NCBI RefSeq assembly: GCF_001458695.1
Contig: NZ_LN885086.1
Span: 780,001 to 812,000 of the forward strand
Direction of reading: 5' to 3'
DNA from: Candidatus Nitrospira inopinata
GTDB lineage: Bacteria; Nitrospirota; Nitrospiria; Nitrospirales; Nitrospiraceae
Length of the DNA: 32,000 bases
Numbering within the stretch: the first letter of the stretch is position 1; each line of letters begins with the position of its first letter. Below the pieces are notes generated by a model. That model saw nothing but the letters and a program-made list of their open reading frames with translations. It was not told where the DNA came from and ran no database searches. The translations under genes were made by a program, and so were the position numbers. Positions 1 through 10,938 of the stretch are shown piece after piece.

Positions 1-399
1 CCATTTCGAACGTCGCGCTTCAAAACCGACATCACACCAATAGCACCAATAGGCGCTCTCCAACTCGGAGATGACACGACCGCTTGGCGCCTTACAACGT
101 TGCCGATTGAAGCAGAAACAGATCGGGTGGAGGCATCTGATCCGCGTGAGGGTGGAATATCCGTCAGAGGCGACCAATCAGACAGGGGCACTTTGTTGAA
201 GGCATCTCAATCTTCTGGCATCCAGCCCACAACTGGCCCCATTCCATGATGACGGGCTCGCACGCCGAGCGCGATGCGCGAGTGCTCCGCACAGTCGATC
301 TTTGTATTCGTTTAGCATCGAATTGGCGTGAGGCACGGGCTTCAAGATCACCGCCAGGTACGGCGATCTTGCTCCTGATGGGGGCATAGGCATTGCTGA

Positions 400-702
400 T
401 CACCGCCGGTTCTGTTCCCACGCCCGGAAGGCCACGAGGTCTTGAGCCAGGCTTTGGAGCACCAGCGCCAGCATAGCTAGATCGTCGATCACACCGACGC
501 CGGGTATGAAATCCGGCACGAGATCCACCGGACTCAGCAGATAGAGCAGGGCGCCCGCCACGATCATGAGGGTGCGGACGGACAGGCCCGGATACCGACC
601 CTGTTTCCAAGCCCGGAACAGGCGCACCAGCAAGGGAAGGTCATACCAAAAACGGCCGATCATCCGCAGCATCGCAACGAATCTGGTGGAGATCCCCATC
701 AT
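400..702 (-). CDS. DUF1232 (YkvA-like) small membrane protein
   Basis: 100-aa ORF. The segment LLYLLSPVDLVPDFIPGVGVIDDLAMLALV matches the DUF1232 signature (P-x-DLIPDFIP-x-G-x-DD) as I remember it. Two hydrophobic stretches. Confidence 0.75.
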   Translation of the reverse strand: MMGISTRFVAMLRMIGRFWYDLPLLVRLFRAWKQGRYPGLSVRTLMIVAGALLYLLSPVDLVPDFIPGVGVIDDLAMLALVLQSLAQDLVAFRAWEQNRR

Positions 703-866
703 CTACCTCCGGACATCCGCCTCTGGGATGGCGAGTTGAAAGATCCTTGTGGAGGCGTTGTGTCGACGCGTTGACTAGCCTACCAAAGGCGATGGCATTT
801 GAAAAGTGGCCGCATAGGTGCCGATGAGCGGATCTTCGCCCTCTATTTCTGTTACGCTCCTCTCCC

Positions 867-1820
867 ATGTTTTCACCCGCATCCTCGCCCCTCTCGCTGT
901 TTCTCCTTCTCTTCGTCACCGGCGCGGGACTGCGCCTGTTCGGCCTGTTGGGAAAACGCCACGCGGAGCGGTTGGGAACGTTCGTCTTTTCCATCACCCT
1001 GCCGGCCACGATTCTCGTCTCACTGGACCAGGTGACGTTCTCTCCCACGGCTTGGAAACTCCCGCTTGCCGCCTGGCTCGTGACGGTGCCGCTCGCGTCC
1101 ATCGCCTGGCTCCTGGCCCGTTTCCTGGCTCTTGAACGACCGACACAGGGAGGCTTTGCCTTGGCGGTCGGTTCGATCAATTCGATCTACTTTGCGTTTC
1201 CCGTCATGCTGGCCACATTCGGTGAAGAGGGCCTGGCGCGGGCGATCCTGTTTGATCTCGGCCAGACGACGCTCACGCTCACGGTGCTCTATCCGATGGC
1301 GCTCCGGCACGGGCCGATGACGCTCCGGCACGGGACCGGCGGCGCATCCTCCATCCAGACGTTGAGACGCCTTGTCGCCTCCCCGCCGTTGTGGGCGTTG
1401 ACCGCGATCGTGTCCATGAAAGTCAGCGGGCTCCATCTGCCGGACGGACTGCGGTCGATCCTGACGCCCGTTCACTGGCTGACGATTCCGCTGGCAAGCC
1501 TGGTGCTCGGCCTCTCGATCAGCATCCATGCCCTGAGAAAGACCTGGCCGCTCACAAGCCTGGGCGTGGCCTTGCGCATGGGCGGAGGGCTGTTGATCGG
1601 CTGGGCGGTCGCGGCACTGTTGGGACTGACGGGATTGGAACGGGCGTCGGTGCTGCTGATCGCCGGGATGCCTTCGGCGGTGATGGCGGTGATCTTCGCC
1701 ACGGAAGCCGGACTCGACGAAGATCTGGTCGCCTCGATCGTGGCCTTGTCGATCTGTCTCGGCGTGGCCCTGCTACCCTGGTTGCCGACTCTCGCCCGGA
1801 TGCTCGTGGGTTCGGCTTAA
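867..1820 (+). CDS. AEC (auxin efflux carrier / Mem_trans) family permease
   Basis: 317-aa polytopic membrane ORF with two hydrophobic halves around a polar central loop. The ends resemble AEC transporters (N-terminal LGTFVFSITLPATI, C-terminal LLIAGMPSAVMAVIFA). Confidence 0.7.
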   Translation: MFSPASSPLSLFLLLFVTGAGLRLFGLLGKRHAERLGTFVFSITLPATILVSLDQVTFSPTAWKLPLAAWLVTVPLASIAWLLARFLALERPTQGGFALAVGSINSIYFAFPVMLATFGEEGLARAILFDLGQTTLTLTVLYPMALRHGPMTLRHGTGGASSIQTLRRLVASPPLWALTAIVSMKVSGLHLPDGLRSILTPVHWLTIPLASLVLGLSISIHALRKTWPLTSLGVALRMGGGLLIGWAVAALLGLTGLERASVLLIAGMPSAVMAVIFATEAGLDEDLVASIVALSICLGVALLPWLPTLARMLVGSA

Positions 1821-1895
1821 CGACCGGCTCCAGCCGCAGTTGGGACAGCCTGTTCCCCCGTGGTATTTGCATCCCCGCTCACGTACCATGCGCCC

Positions 1896-2252
1896 ATGCT
1901 GCTCCCTGAACGGCTGCCTCCCGAGCGCACCGTGCGCCGGCGCATCATCGAACTGCTGGCCGATACCCGCCTGTCGTCCTATCAACTTGCCCAGCGGCTC
2001 GGCATCCCGGAACGCCAAGTCGAAGAGCACCTGCCCCATATCGTCAAAAGCCTGGCGCGGGACCGGACGCGACGATTCGTCCTGGAGCCCGCAAGCTGTT
2101 TCGAGTGCGGATTTGTGTTTCGCGAGCGCAGACGACTGACCAGGCCCGGCCGCTGCCCAGCTTGCCGCAGCGAGGGCGTCTCGGCTCCACGTTATGGAAT
2201 CGACTCGATCAAAGGGCGGACGGGAACGTCTGGACAGTCGCGCAGCAAGTGA
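1896..2252 (+). CDS. HTH + C-terminal zinc-ribbon transcriptional regulator (ArsR-like, COG3357-type)
   Basis: The N-terminal wHTH-like stretch is RRRIIELLADTRLSSYQLAQRLGIPERQVEEHL. It is followed by CxxC...CxxC (CFECGF...RCPACRS). The start was chosen at the internal ATG 1896 (MLLPERL); the track ORF starts at 1860. Confidence 0.65.
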   Translation: MLLPERLPPERTVRRRIIELLADTRLSSYQLAQRLGIPERQVEEHLPHIVKSLARDRTRRFVLEPASCFECGFVFRERRRLTRPGRCPACRSEGVSAPRYGIDSIKGRTGTSGQSRSK

Positions 2253-2279
2253 GTAGGATACGCCCCGGAAGGAGCGGCC

Positions 2280-2516
2280 ATGGCTATGAGAACGACATCC
2301 TTGATCGTCTGCGCATTCGGTCTTCTGCTGCTCGCGGGCTGTCCCGGCAACGACGCCAGGGTCCTGTTCGAAAACGCGGCATACGAGGAAAGCCACATGA
2401 ACTACGATAACGCCAAGAAGATCTACGAGGAGATCATCTCCCGTTATCCCGAGAGCAAAGAAGCCGACATTGCACGGGCTCGCTTGGCGGAACTGAATTC
2501 CCAGAAGACCCAGTGA
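2280..2516 (+). CDS. small lipoprotein with TPR-like helical hairpin
   Basis: 78-aa ORF with a classical lipobox (LLLLAG|C) after a basic/hydrophobic signal. The mature part is helical (YDNAKKIYEEIISRYPESKEADIARARLAEL). Confidence 0.6.
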   Translation: MAMRTTSLIVCAFGLLLLAGCPGNDARVLFENAAYEESHMNYDNAKKIYEEIISRYPESKEADIARARLAELNSQKTQ

Positions 2517-2517
2517 A

Positions 2518-3330
2518 TTAGAGCTTTTTGGGCGCGCCGGGAATAAACGCGTTGGTGGTGAGGCGATAGATCCGATAGTCCTCCCCGAATCGTTCGAGCG
2601 CGTCGGTCTCGTTGGGAGGGATCCCCGTCACCTTCAATAACAACCATCCCATCACGATCGGACCGACCCAGGTAAAGATCCACCCGGACGCCCCTAACGT
2701 CATGACGACGTAGGACCACCAATGCAGCCAATCAAAAAAATAGTTGGGATGGCGCGAGTAGCGCCAGAGTCCATCCCGGCAGACGCGACCTTCATTGCTC
2801 GGGTCGGCTCGAAAGTGGGCCAATTGCCGATCGGCCCGTGCCTCGCCCGCCACCGCGATCCCCCAGATCAATAGGCCGATCAGCTCGACCATCGACGTCG
2901 GCGGGCGGGGATTCCATAGAACCACGAGAAACGGAAGAGAAAACACCGCCACGGCCACCGCTTGCATCTGGAAGTACAGAAACATATTGAACGCTTCCGA
3001 CGAGCCCCATGATTTTCGGAGGCGGCGATACCGGCTGTCTTCTTCTTTGCCGATCACTCGATTGACCAGAATGTGGTGCCCCAATCGGCCCGCATAGAGC
3101 ACCACCAACATCAGCACCAACAGCGTCCGCTCGATCCCGCTGATGGTTTGAACGGTATAGCCCGCCACGACGGAAACCAGCCCCAGGCAGAACCCGACTT
3201 CCGCAACCGCGGCGTTTTTGATGCGCCGTTGCACGAACCAGAGGATCACCATGACGACCATCATGGCGAAGTAGCCCTCCAGAACGAGGGGAAGCGGGTT
3301 CGATTCGATCATCCCGTTATCGGCATCCAT
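2518..3330 (-). CDS. DUF1295 / steroid-5-alpha-reductase-ICMT-like membrane protein
   Basis: 270-aa polytopic ORF. The C-terminal motif GLWRYSRHPNYFFDWLHWW is typical of the DUF1295/ICMT methyltransferase-reductase superfamily. Confidence 0.8.
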   Translation of the reverse strand: MDADNGMIESNPLPLVLEGYFAMMVVMVILWFVQRRIKNAAVAEVGFCLGLVSVVAGYTVQTISGIERTLLVLMLVVLYAGRLGHHILVNRVIGKEEDSRYRRLRKSWGSSEAFNMFLYFQMQAVAVAVFSLPFLVVLWNPRPPTSMVELIGLLIWGIAVAGEARADRQLAHFRADPSNEGRVCRDGLWRYSRHPNYFFDWLHWWSYVVMTLGASGWIFTWVGPIVMGWLLLKVTGIPPNETDALERFGEDYRIYRLTTNAFIPGAPKKL

Positions 3331-3599
3331 TGTTCCCTCGTTCCGCCGTCATTCCCCATGCAGTCCCCCCTCGAATCAACGGCCGCTCGCAAAGGCGCCT
3401 CGGCCCGCAGGCGACGCCTCGCGTCAGAGATTCCGCTCCCCCCTTGGCAACCGGCATCCAGCCGGCCGGCCGACGGAGCGCAACCAAGAGTCAAACGGAT
3501 GGGGATTCTACGATGTCGGGCTGTCCGGGGGAAAGATCTTTGTGGCCCGGTGATGCGGCTCGGGCCGGAGAAGCGGGTTTCGTCGTCGGGCCGATGAAG

Positions 3600-3636
3600 C
3601 TGTCCGTTCCGTGTAAGCCGGTGGGGAACGGGACAG
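3600..3636 (-). terminator. hairpin just downstream of the hybrid kinase stop codon
   Basis: ctgtccgttcc (3600-3610) pairs with ggaacgggacag (3625-3636): 11 bp with a 1-nt bulge. It lies 13 nt past the minus-strand stop at 3649. No clear U-tract follows, so it is only terminator-like. Confidence 0.35.
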
Positions 3637-3648
3637 AGTCTTCGACAT

Positions 3649-6600
3649 CTAGGCTGCCATCCGCATCGCTGTCTCGTTTGGCAACCAGCGATCCAGGATG
3701 GCCGTCAACACCTGAGCTGTAACGGGTTTGCTCACGAAATCATCCATGCCGGCTTTCAAACACTGCTCGCGATCCTCAGCCATGGCATTGGCGGTCATGG
3801 CGATAATCGGGGTATGCCGGTCGGCTCCCTCCCGAGCACGGATCACTCTGGTCGCTTCAAAACCGTCCATCTCCGGCATCTGGCAATCCATGAATACCAG
3901 AGTGTACCGAATTCGCTCCATGGCCTCGACCGCTTCCTTGCCGTTGCCCGCCACATCCACGCGACAGCCTAACTTCTCGAGCATCTTGACCGCCACCTTT
4001 TGATTGACAGGGTTGTCCTCCACCAACAGGATATGGCCCCTCATCGCAGCGCGAACTTCCGAGATAACATGGGTGGTAATGATACCGGCCGGCTCCCCTT
4101 CCAAACCGGCCTTGCCCGACCCAGCGCTAGCCAGGACTAGATTTAAACAATCGAGGAGCTGAGCATGGCGGATCGGTTTGGTGAGATAGGCGGAGAACCC
4201 CGCCTCCTGGGCTCGCTTGGCGTCTCCGCGTCGCCCCAGGGAGGTAAGCAAGACCAGGCGGACGGCGTTGATCCGCTCATCGGCCTTGATCGATCGCGCC
4301 AGTTGCATGCCGTCCATACCCGGCATTTGCATGTCGAGAATGGCGAGGTCGAACGGCTGGCCCCGCTCGGCCGCTTGTCGCAGACAAGCGATCGCCTTGC
4401 ATGGATCGTCCACACTCTCACACTGAGAACCAGAGGCGCCCAGTAGCTCCTCCAGAATTCTTCGATTCACCGCATGGTCGTCCACGATCAACACCCGCTG
4501 GTCGCGTAATGGACAAGCGCTCGACGTCAACAACGGGAGGACGCCTTGAGTCAGGACCTCAAACCGCGCGGTAAACCAAAAGGTGCTGCCCATGCTCATC
4601 GTGCTGACGACACCAATCCGCCCTCCCATCAGTTCCGCGAGTTTCTTGCAAATCGCCAGCCCCAGCCCCGTTCCGCCATACTGGCGTGTGGTCGAGCCGT
4701 CGGCCTGCGTAAAGGGTTGAAAGAGTTTTTTCTGCTGTTCAGGGGTGAGCCCGATGCCGGTATCCGTGACCTCGAACCGCGCCACCACGCTGCCATCTTC
4801 CGCGGCCGGTTCCTCCTGTTCCGATTTGATCGTGACGAGGACTTCTCCCTGCTCCGTGAACTTGATCGCGTTCCCAAGCAGATTGAGCAAGATCTGACGA
4901 AGGCGGCCGGGATCACCGCGCAACCTCGTCGGTACGGACGCTTGAATCAAACACCCCACCTCCAGCCCCTTGGCATAGGCCCGTTCGGCCACCAACGCCA
5001 CGGTCTCCTCGACGGTCGTGCGGAGATCGAAGTCAAGCTGTTCCAACTCCATTTTCCCCGCGTCCGCCTTGGAAAAATCGAGGACATCATTGATGATCTC
5101 CAAGAGGTGTTCTCCGCAGCGGCGGATGGTGTCGGTGTATTCCCGTTGCTCGGCTGACAGTGGCGTATCCAGCAGCAGACTGGTCATGCCGATCACGCCG
5201 TTCATCGGCGTGCGGATCTCATGGCTCATGGTCGCCAAAAATTCGGCCTTCGCCCTCGCCGCATCCAGCGCCCGGTCCCGCGCCTCAGCCAGTTCCTTGT
5301 TTTTTTGCTCGAGTTCCTGTGCCGCTCGAGCCAACTCGGTTTCGGCCCGTTTGCGTTCGGTAATATCGGTCAGCGTGCCCATCATCCGGAGGGGCCGGCC
5401 CTGCTCATCTCGCTGCACCACCTTGCCGCGCATCGCGAACCATTTCCACTCCCCCGATCGGTGCCGGACCCGATGCTCGACGATGTACTGGGTTGCTTTG
5501 CCCTCCAAGTGATCATCGAGCGCCCGTTCGACCCAGGGACGGTCATCCGGATGCACGCGATTTTTCCAGTCATAGACATTGTTGAGGGGGATGTCATGGC
5601 CCTCCAACCCCAACAGCTTGATCCAACTGGGACTATAGTGGGCTTGGAGCGTCCGAAGGTTCCAGTCGTACAGGCCGTCCGTCGAGACCTCCAGCGTGAG
5701 TCGGAGACGGGATTCATTGTCTCGCAACAGAGTCTCGGCGGCTTTCCGAGCCGAGATGTCCCGAATGATGCCCGTAAACTTGCGCGTCCCGTTGATCGTC
5801 ATCTCACCGACGGATAGATCAATGGGGAAAACGGCGCCGTCCTTGCGCCGCCCCACGACCTCTCGACCAATACCAATGATCTTTTTGACGCCGGTGGTGA
5901 GATATGCTTTGAGATACCCATCGTGCTCCCGATCATAGGGGGCGGGCATCAGGATGTTCACGTTTTGGCCGATCAATTCGTCCGGCCGGTAGCCGAACAG
6001 GGCCTCGATCGCCGGATTGACCATCTCGATCACGCCCTGCTCATTAATCACCACAATGCCTTCGACGGCCGTTTCGATGATGGACCGCAAGCGGATCTCC
6101 TGCTCTTCCAATTCGGCGGTCCGCATTTGCACCTGATGCTCCAATCCCGCCATCATGAGGTGCAATGTTTGCGTCCGCTCCCGCACATCGCGAACGATGT
6201 CGCCGACGACGACCTCCAGCCGATCCAAATCATAGATGTGATGGTCAGGAATCGCCGCCAGTTGTTCCCCCTCCTTTTGCCCCTTCTCTGTAGTCCCAAT
6301 TCGCAACCCTTCGATCGACAGCGCGATCGCTCGCCAACGGGCCACAATCCCCCCCAAGAGCACCCTCCCCAGCGCCATGGCCAAAGCCACTACCGCCAGC
6401 AGGATCGGCAGCAGCCGCCACATCATGGCGACCTGCGCATCGCTCACTGTCTGAAGAGAATAGACGACCCTCACGGCCAGGAGGGGGCGGCCTTTCTGAT
6501 AGACCGGCTTGACAAGAATCAGCAGCGGCTCGCCAGAATCCGCCCGATGTTCAAAGACAGTGTCGGCCCCGATCGGTCCCCCCATCTCACTACGGGAAAG

Positions 6601-6966
6601 AACGGTTCCCACCCGTGCCGGTGATGACGAGGCGACAATCAGGCCCTCTCGATCGACAATCGCGACCTCGCGCAGGTTCGGATCGTTAGAAGGCAGGACG
6701 AGGTGTTCCCTGACAAGATCAATATCATCGACGGCGACGACGATCGCCACAATGGCCTGGGCCGCCGCCTCCGCGCGGGCCATGGCCGTTTCTCGACCGA
6801 GCTCCTCCTGCTGCTGCAGCCAGAGTAAGGCAAACCCTACGGTTGTCAAACCGATGATGAGCAAGAGCCCAACGATCAATCGCACGTGGAGATTCGTACG
6901 ACACTGGCTGATCCATGCACCGAACGAGAGTGGCAGGTCGTTTTGACAATTCATATCCACGGCCAA
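3649..6966 (-). CDS. hybrid sensor histidine kinase (2 TM sensor domain, coiled coil, 2 x PAS, HisKA, HATPase_c, 2 x REC)
   Basis: 1105 aa. The H-box is [16 protein letters not shown] and the HATPase motifs are [15 protein letters not shown] and GGTGLGL. REC1 reads LIVDDHAVN...[13 protein letters not shown]...LTKP. REC2 reads LLVEDNPVN...[12 protein letters not shown]...VSKP. Confidence 0.95.
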   Translation of the reverse strand: MAVDMNCQNDLPLSFGAWISQCRTNLHVRLIVGLLLIIGLTTVGFALLWLQQQEELGRETAMARAEAAAQAIVAIVVAVDDIDLVREHLVLPSNDPNLREVAIVDREGLIVASSSPARVGTVLSRSEMGGPIGADTVFEHRADSGEPLLILVKPVYQKGRPLLAVRVVYSLQTVSDAQVAMMWRLLPILLAVVALAMALGRVLLGGIVARWRAIALSIEGLRIGTTEKGQKEGEQLAAIPDHHIYDLDRLEVVVGDIVRDVRERTQTLHLMMAGLEHQVQMRTAELEEQEIRLRSIIETAVEGIVVINEQGVIEMVNPAIEALFGYRPDELIGQNVNILMPAPYDREHDGYLKAYLTTGVKKIIGIGREVVGRRKDGAVFPIDLSVGEMTINGTRKFTGIIRDISARKAAETLLRDNESRLRLTLEVSTDGLYDWNLRTLQAHYSPSWIKLLGLEGHDIPLNNVYDWKNRVHPDDRPWVERALDDHLEGKATQYIVEHRVRHRSGEWKWFAMRGKVVQRDEQGRPLRMMGTLTDITERKRAETELARAAQELEQKNKELAEARDRALDAARAKAEFLATMSHEIRTPMNGVIGMTSLLLDTPLSAEQREYTDTIRRCGEHLLEIINDVLDFSKADAGKMELEQLDFDLRTTVEETVALVAERAYAKGLEVGCLIQASVPTRLRGDPGRLRQILLNLLGNAIKFTEQGEVLVTIKSEQEEPAAEDGSVVARFEVTDTGIGLTPEQQKKLFQPFTQADGSTTRQYGGTGLGLAICKKLAELMGGRIGVVSTMSMGSTFWFTARFEVLTQGVLPLLTSSACPLRDQRVLIVDDHAVNRRILEELLGASGSQCESVDDPCKAIACLRQAAERGQPFDLAILDMQMPGMDGMQLARSIKADERINAVRLVLLTSLGRRGDAKRAQEAGFSAYLTKPIRHAQLLDCLNLVLASAGSGKAGLEGEPAGIITTHVISEVRAAMRGHILLVEDNPVNQKVAVKMLEKLGCRVDVAGNGKEAVEAMERIRYTLVFMDCQMPEMDGFEATRVIRAREGADRHTPIIAMTANAMAEDREQCLKAGMDDFVSKPVTAQVLTAILDRWLPNETAMRMAA

Positions 6967-7208
6967 GCGGCGGAATGGCGCTTACCTCAACGCCGCATCT
7001 CCCCATGGCCACAGGCCACCCCCACGGGGACGCAGCCGGTTCCGTCGTGCCCCTTGACGCCGGAACCAACGATTTTGAGGGGGCACACCAGTTCGCTAGA
7101 CTCCGTTCTCTATCGGTCCGTCAGCGCCAACCTTGAGAATGGCGCGACCGTGAACGCCTGGAGTAAGGCGGGCTTTCAATTCCCTGACTAGGCAAGACGG
7201 GATTTTCT

Positions 7209-8825
7209 TTACGCAAGACAGGCCGGCGGGGTGGTGACTGCGAGTGGCACCTTCAGGATCACTTGTGTGCCTCGACCGGGGCGAGTGCGAACCGTGAGTC
7301 GGCCGCCAATCTGTTGGGCGCGGGCGGCCATGGAAGACAGCCCTATTCCCTCTCTCTTGCTCGAATACAGATTAAAACCGACTCCATTGTCACTGATATT
7401 GAGGCAGACGCTAGATCGCAGGCGACGGACGGCCACCCACCGGCGAGTAGCGTTGCCGTGGCGGAGGCTATTGCTGATCGCCTCCTTCACGATAGACAAC
7501 ACATGGGACACCTGCTCTGGAGGCAGGATGATCGTGCTGGCTTGCGCGAAACGCCGTTCGATCCCATGAATCCGGAACGGATCCAGGGTACCAATCAGTT
7601 GGTCGAGAGCCTGCACCAGATCGGGAACGGCCTTCGGCGGCTCCACTCCCCTTGTCACTTGCTCGATAAACCCCCGCACTTCCTTGATGACGCCGTTGAG
7701 TTGGTCTACCGCCCGCGCCAACGACGGTGACAACGAGGGGGCGACGGCTTCGGCGTCGCGCTTCGTCACTTGGAGCAGCAAACCCACGGCATAGAGCGAT
7801 TGGAGGATGCCATCGTGCAAATCCAAGCAGAGCTGCTCACGCTGGCGATAGGCCCGGCGGAGAGACTCCTCTGCTTCGATGCGCAAGAGGGCGGCCACGA
7901 TGTGGTCGGCAATGATCTGGACAAGCTGAATATCCTCTTCCGACCAAGTCAACGGCGCAGGCGCATAGAGCATGAGCTTGCCCAGGATTCCTTTTCCGCC
8001 AGGCCGAACCAACGGGATGAACGCGAGCGCGCCAATCCCCTCCTGTTGAAACAACTCTCGATAGGCCGCCAACGTTGGCTCATCCTGGGCATTGGACACG
8101 AGCAGGGGAACGGCATCCACATCCCCCGGAGTCCAGGGGCCATGCCCTTCCACCCCCTGCCGATAGGAGGCTGAAAGTCCCCGCCAGGCCTTAAACCGCA
8201 TGACGCCGTCGGAATCGAACAGAAGCAGTGCACAACGATCCACGCCGATGATCCTGACCACCGCCTCCATCGTGACGTCATAGACTTCCTGGCATTCCGT
8301 GCTGATGTGAAGGCGAAGCATGAACTCGTGCAACCCGGCGCCCTGCTCCAGCCGACGCTGCAAGGCGGCGGTCCGTTTGGCAACCAACGTCTCCAGCCCA
8401 TGGGCGTACCGCGCAAGGACCATCTCCCGGGCGCGATGAACATGCCGGATCACCTCTTCTTCTACTCCCGTCCCATCGGGCTGCTCAACATAGGCAAAGA
8501 TCCCCTCGCTGATCTCCCCCTTGGCCTTCTCGAACGACGCGCGCCCACCATGGACAATGAGGCAACGATCGCCCTGACCGGTCCGTATTTTATGAAGAAA
8601 CGCCGTGGCCTCTTGATCTTGATCAGGCAGGTGAAGGGTCGTCACGACAATGCCCGGCCTTTCCCGCTCCACGATGGCCAGGGCTTCGGCTGCGCTCAGC
8701 GCGCCCACTGCCTCAATGCCTTCGGCCGCCAACCGGTCCAACAACCGCCGTAAGGTCTCCCGCTCACTTTCCACCACCAACACGCGACCGACTTGCTCCT
8801 CTTCGCACCACTTCGGCCTCGACAT
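7209..8825 (-). CDS. pseudo-receiver / GAF / HisKA_3-HATPase_c sensor kinase (NarX/LiaS-type core)
   Basis: 538 aa. The N-terminal CheY-like fold has substituted catalytic residues. A central GAF-like region follows. The HisKA_3 H-box is LDLHDGILQSLYAVG, with N-box EAISNSLRHGNA, G1 DNGVGF and G2 GIGLSSM. Confidence 0.9.
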   Translation of the reverse strand: MSRPKWCEEEQVGRVLVVESERETLRRLLDRLAAEGIEAVGALSAAEALAIVERERPGIVVTTLHLPDQDQEATAFLHKIRTGQGDRCLIVHGGRASFEKAKGEISEGIFAYVEQPDGTGVEEEVIRHVHRAREMVLARYAHGLETLVAKRTAALQRRLEQGAGLHEFMLRLHISTECQEVYDVTMEAVVRIIGVDRCALLLFDSDGVMRFKAWRGLSASYRQGVEGHGPWTPGDVDAVPLLVSNAQDEPTLAAYRELFQQEGIGALAFIPLVRPGGKGILGKLMLYAPAPLTWSEEDIQLVQIIADHIVAALLRIEAEESLRRAYRQREQLCLDLHDGILQSLYAVGLLLQVTKRDAEAVAPSLSPSLARAVDQLNGVIKEVRGFIEQVTRGVEPPKAVPDLVQALDQLIGTLDPFRIHGIERRFAQASTIILPPEQVSHVLSIVKEAISNSLRHGNATRRWVAVRRLRSSVCLNISDNGVGFNLYSSKREGIGLSSMAARAQQIGGRLTVRTRPGRGTQVILKVPLAVTTPPACLA

Positions 8826-9255
8826 CGCGCCCCTCCTTCGACTCTTTTCTATGTCTATGCGACCCGGCTTTCTCGCTGACTCAATGGATATGACGATATT
8901 CGGCCCCCGGCTCGCCTGTCACCTCCTTCCTGACTCCGCGTTCGGTTTCCCAACGGGAGAGGAGCGGGGTCGGCACGGACGGCGTCGTTCCGCCCCCTGC
9001 CGACCTTCGGCGCTCTTCTCGAAACGCATGACACACGACGACCTCACGGTGACGTCACGGCCGTTCCCCTCCCGCATGCACATCCGGATGTTTCGAGGTG
9101 TTCTTAAACTAGATGTTCTTAAGGGAATATCGGCGCGTGCTATGGCTTAAGTATCGGAATTGCAGGCCCACGTCAAGATGGCCGGACGCCCCTGATGAGC
9201 CAGTTGTTCTAGGAAGAAGACAGGAGAGACTCCATGTCCGTCACGGGGGACAAGA

Positions 9256-10938
9256 TCAGTCTCTCGTCAGCTTGCGGTACCGAATCCGGTGCGGCCGGTC
9301 GGCTTCCTTGCCGAGCCGTTTTTTGCGGTCCGCTTCGTAGTCGCTGTAGTTTCCCTCAAACCAGACGACCTTGCTGTCGCCCTCGAAGGCCAGAATGTGC
9401 GTGGCGATCCGGTCCAGAAACCAACGGTCGTGACTGCTGATCACGGCGCAGCCGGCGAAGTTCTCCAATCCTTCTTCAAGGGCGCGCAACGTATTCACGT
9501 CCAAATCGTTCGTCGGCTCGTCAAGAAGGATCACGTTGGCGCCTTCTTTCAGCATGCGCGCGAGGTGCACGCGGTTCCGTTCGCCGCCGGACAGTTCTTT
9601 GACCTTCTTTTGTTGATCGGTGCCGGAAAAATTAAACCGCGCGCAATAGGCCCGCGCGTTGACCTCCACCTTGCCTAGTTTGATTGTCTCCTTTCCGTCA
9701 GAAATGGCTTCATACACGGTCTGGTTGCCATCCAGCGTCCGATCCTGATCCACATATCCCAGCTTGACTGTCTCCCCAATCGTGATCGTGCCGGCATCGG
9801 GCTTTTCTTTCCCCACGATCATCTTGAACAGGGTGGTCTTGCCAGCCCCATTTGGTCCGATCACCCCGACGATGCCGCCCTTCGGCAAACTGAAATTCAC
9901 GTTCTCATAGAGCACCTTGTCGCCGAATGCCTTGCTGACCCCCTTGGCTTCGACGACCACGTCGCCCAAGCGTGGACCGGGCGGAATGTAAATCTCTAGA
10001 TCCTCCGCTACCTGTTCCTGCTTTTGATTGACCAGTTCTTCATATCGATTCAAGCGAGCCTTGCCCTTTGATTGCCGGGCCTTGGGCGACATGCGGATCC
10101 ACTCCAACTCACGCTCCAGCGTTTTGCGCCGTTTCGATTCGGCCTTTTCCTCTTTCTCCAGCCGATCTTTTTTCTGCTCCAGCCACGCACTGTAGTTGCC
10201 TTGAAACGGAATCCCATGGCCGCGATCCAGCTCCAGAATCCAGCCCGCGACATTGTCCAAGAAATACCGATCGTGCGTCACCGCGATGACCGTGCCCTTG
10301 TACTGCCGGAGATGTTGCTCCAGCCACTGGACCGACTCAGCGTCGAGATGGTTCGTCGGCTCATCGAGCAGCAGAATATCCGGTTCTTGAATCAACAGCC
10401 GGCAAAGCGCGACACGCCGTTTTTCGCCGCCGGATAGGGTGCCGACCTTCTGATCGGCAGACGGACAGCGCAAGGCATCCATGGCAATGTCGAGTTGGTT
10501 TTCGAGTTCCCACCCATTGGCCGCTTCGATCTTTTCCTGGAGCTGAGCCTGTTTGTCGAGCAGCTTTTCCATCGTGTCGGGATCGGCCGAGCCGATTTGG
10601 TTGCTCACGTCTTCATACTCCTTGAGCAACGCAACCAGCTCCGCCTTTCCTTCTTCCACCACTTCCCTGACGGTTTTGTTCGGATCGAGCTGGGGCTCTT
10701 GCTCCAGCAGCCCGATACTGTACCCCTTGGATCTCGTGATCTCCCCCGTGTAGTTTTGATCGACCCCCGCAATGATTCTCAACAGCGAGCTTTTCCCGGC
10801 TCCGTTCAGCCCCAGCACCCCGATTTTGGCCCCGTAGTAAAAACCCAGATAGATCTCCCGCAACACCTGCTTCTTCGGCGGATAGACCTTGCCGACGTTG
10901 ACCAAGGAGAAAATGACCTGCTTGTCGTTGGTAGCCAT
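9256..10938 (-). CDS. ettA: energy-dependent translational throttle protein EttA (ABC-F ATPase)
   Basis: Two ABC cassettes: Walker [10 protein letters not shown] and GPNGAGKTT, signatures LSGGEKRR and LSGGERNR, Walker [13 protein letters not shown] and [12 protein letters not shown]. The N-terminus [23 protein letters not shown] is EttA-like. The start was chosen at ATG 10938, which has GAAGGA 6 nt upstream. Confidence 0.95.
   Translation of the reverse strand: MATNDKQVIFSLVNVGKVYPPKKQVLREIYLGFYYGAKIGVLGLNGAGKSSLLRIIAGVDQNYTGEITRSKGYSIGLLEQEPQLDPNKTVREVVEEGKAELVALLKEYEDVSNQIGSADPDTMEKLLDKQAQLQEKIEAANGWELENQLDIAMDALRCPSADQKVGTLSGGEKRRVALCRLLIQEPDILLLDEPTNHLDAESVQWLEQHLRQYKGTVIAVTHDRYFLDNVAGWILELDRGHGIPFQGNYSAWLEQKKDRLEKEEKAESKRRKTLERELEWIRMSPKARQSKGKARLNRYEELVNQKQEQVAEDLEIYIPPGPRLGDVVVEAKGVSKAFGDKVLYENVNFSLPKGGIVGVIGPNGAGKTTLFKMIVGKEKPDAGTITIGETVKLGYVDQDRTLDGNQTVYEAISDGKETIKLGKVEVNARAYCARFNFSGTDQQKKVKELSGGERNRVHLARMLKEGANVILLDEPTNDLDVNTLRALEEGLENFAGCAVISSHDRWFLDRIATHILAFEGDSKVVWFEGNYSDYEADRKKRLGKEADRPHRIRYRKLTRD

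Noticed and set aside
1-249. An open frame enters the window at position 1 on the plus strand and stops at 247-249 (…TDITPIAPIGALQLGDDTTAWRLTTLPIEAETDRVEASDPREGG…). It could be the 3' end of a gene.
   Set aside because: I recognised no family. Third-position GC is only about 50%, against clearly higher values in neighbouring genes. The antisense frame is Cys-rich junk, so neither strand is convincing. I left it unannotated.
1300-1341. A 21-nt in-frame tandem duplication (cgctccggcacggg...) gives LRHGPMT/LRHGTGG in the central loop of the AEC permease.
   Set aside because: It is real in the sequence but looks like a trivial slippage duplication in a loop. It has no evident functional implication.
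2514-2520. The convergent lipoprotein and DUF1295 genes have stop codons only 1 nt apart.
   Set aside because: This is notable only because it leaves no room for terminators. It is common in compact genomes and is not evidence of anything special.
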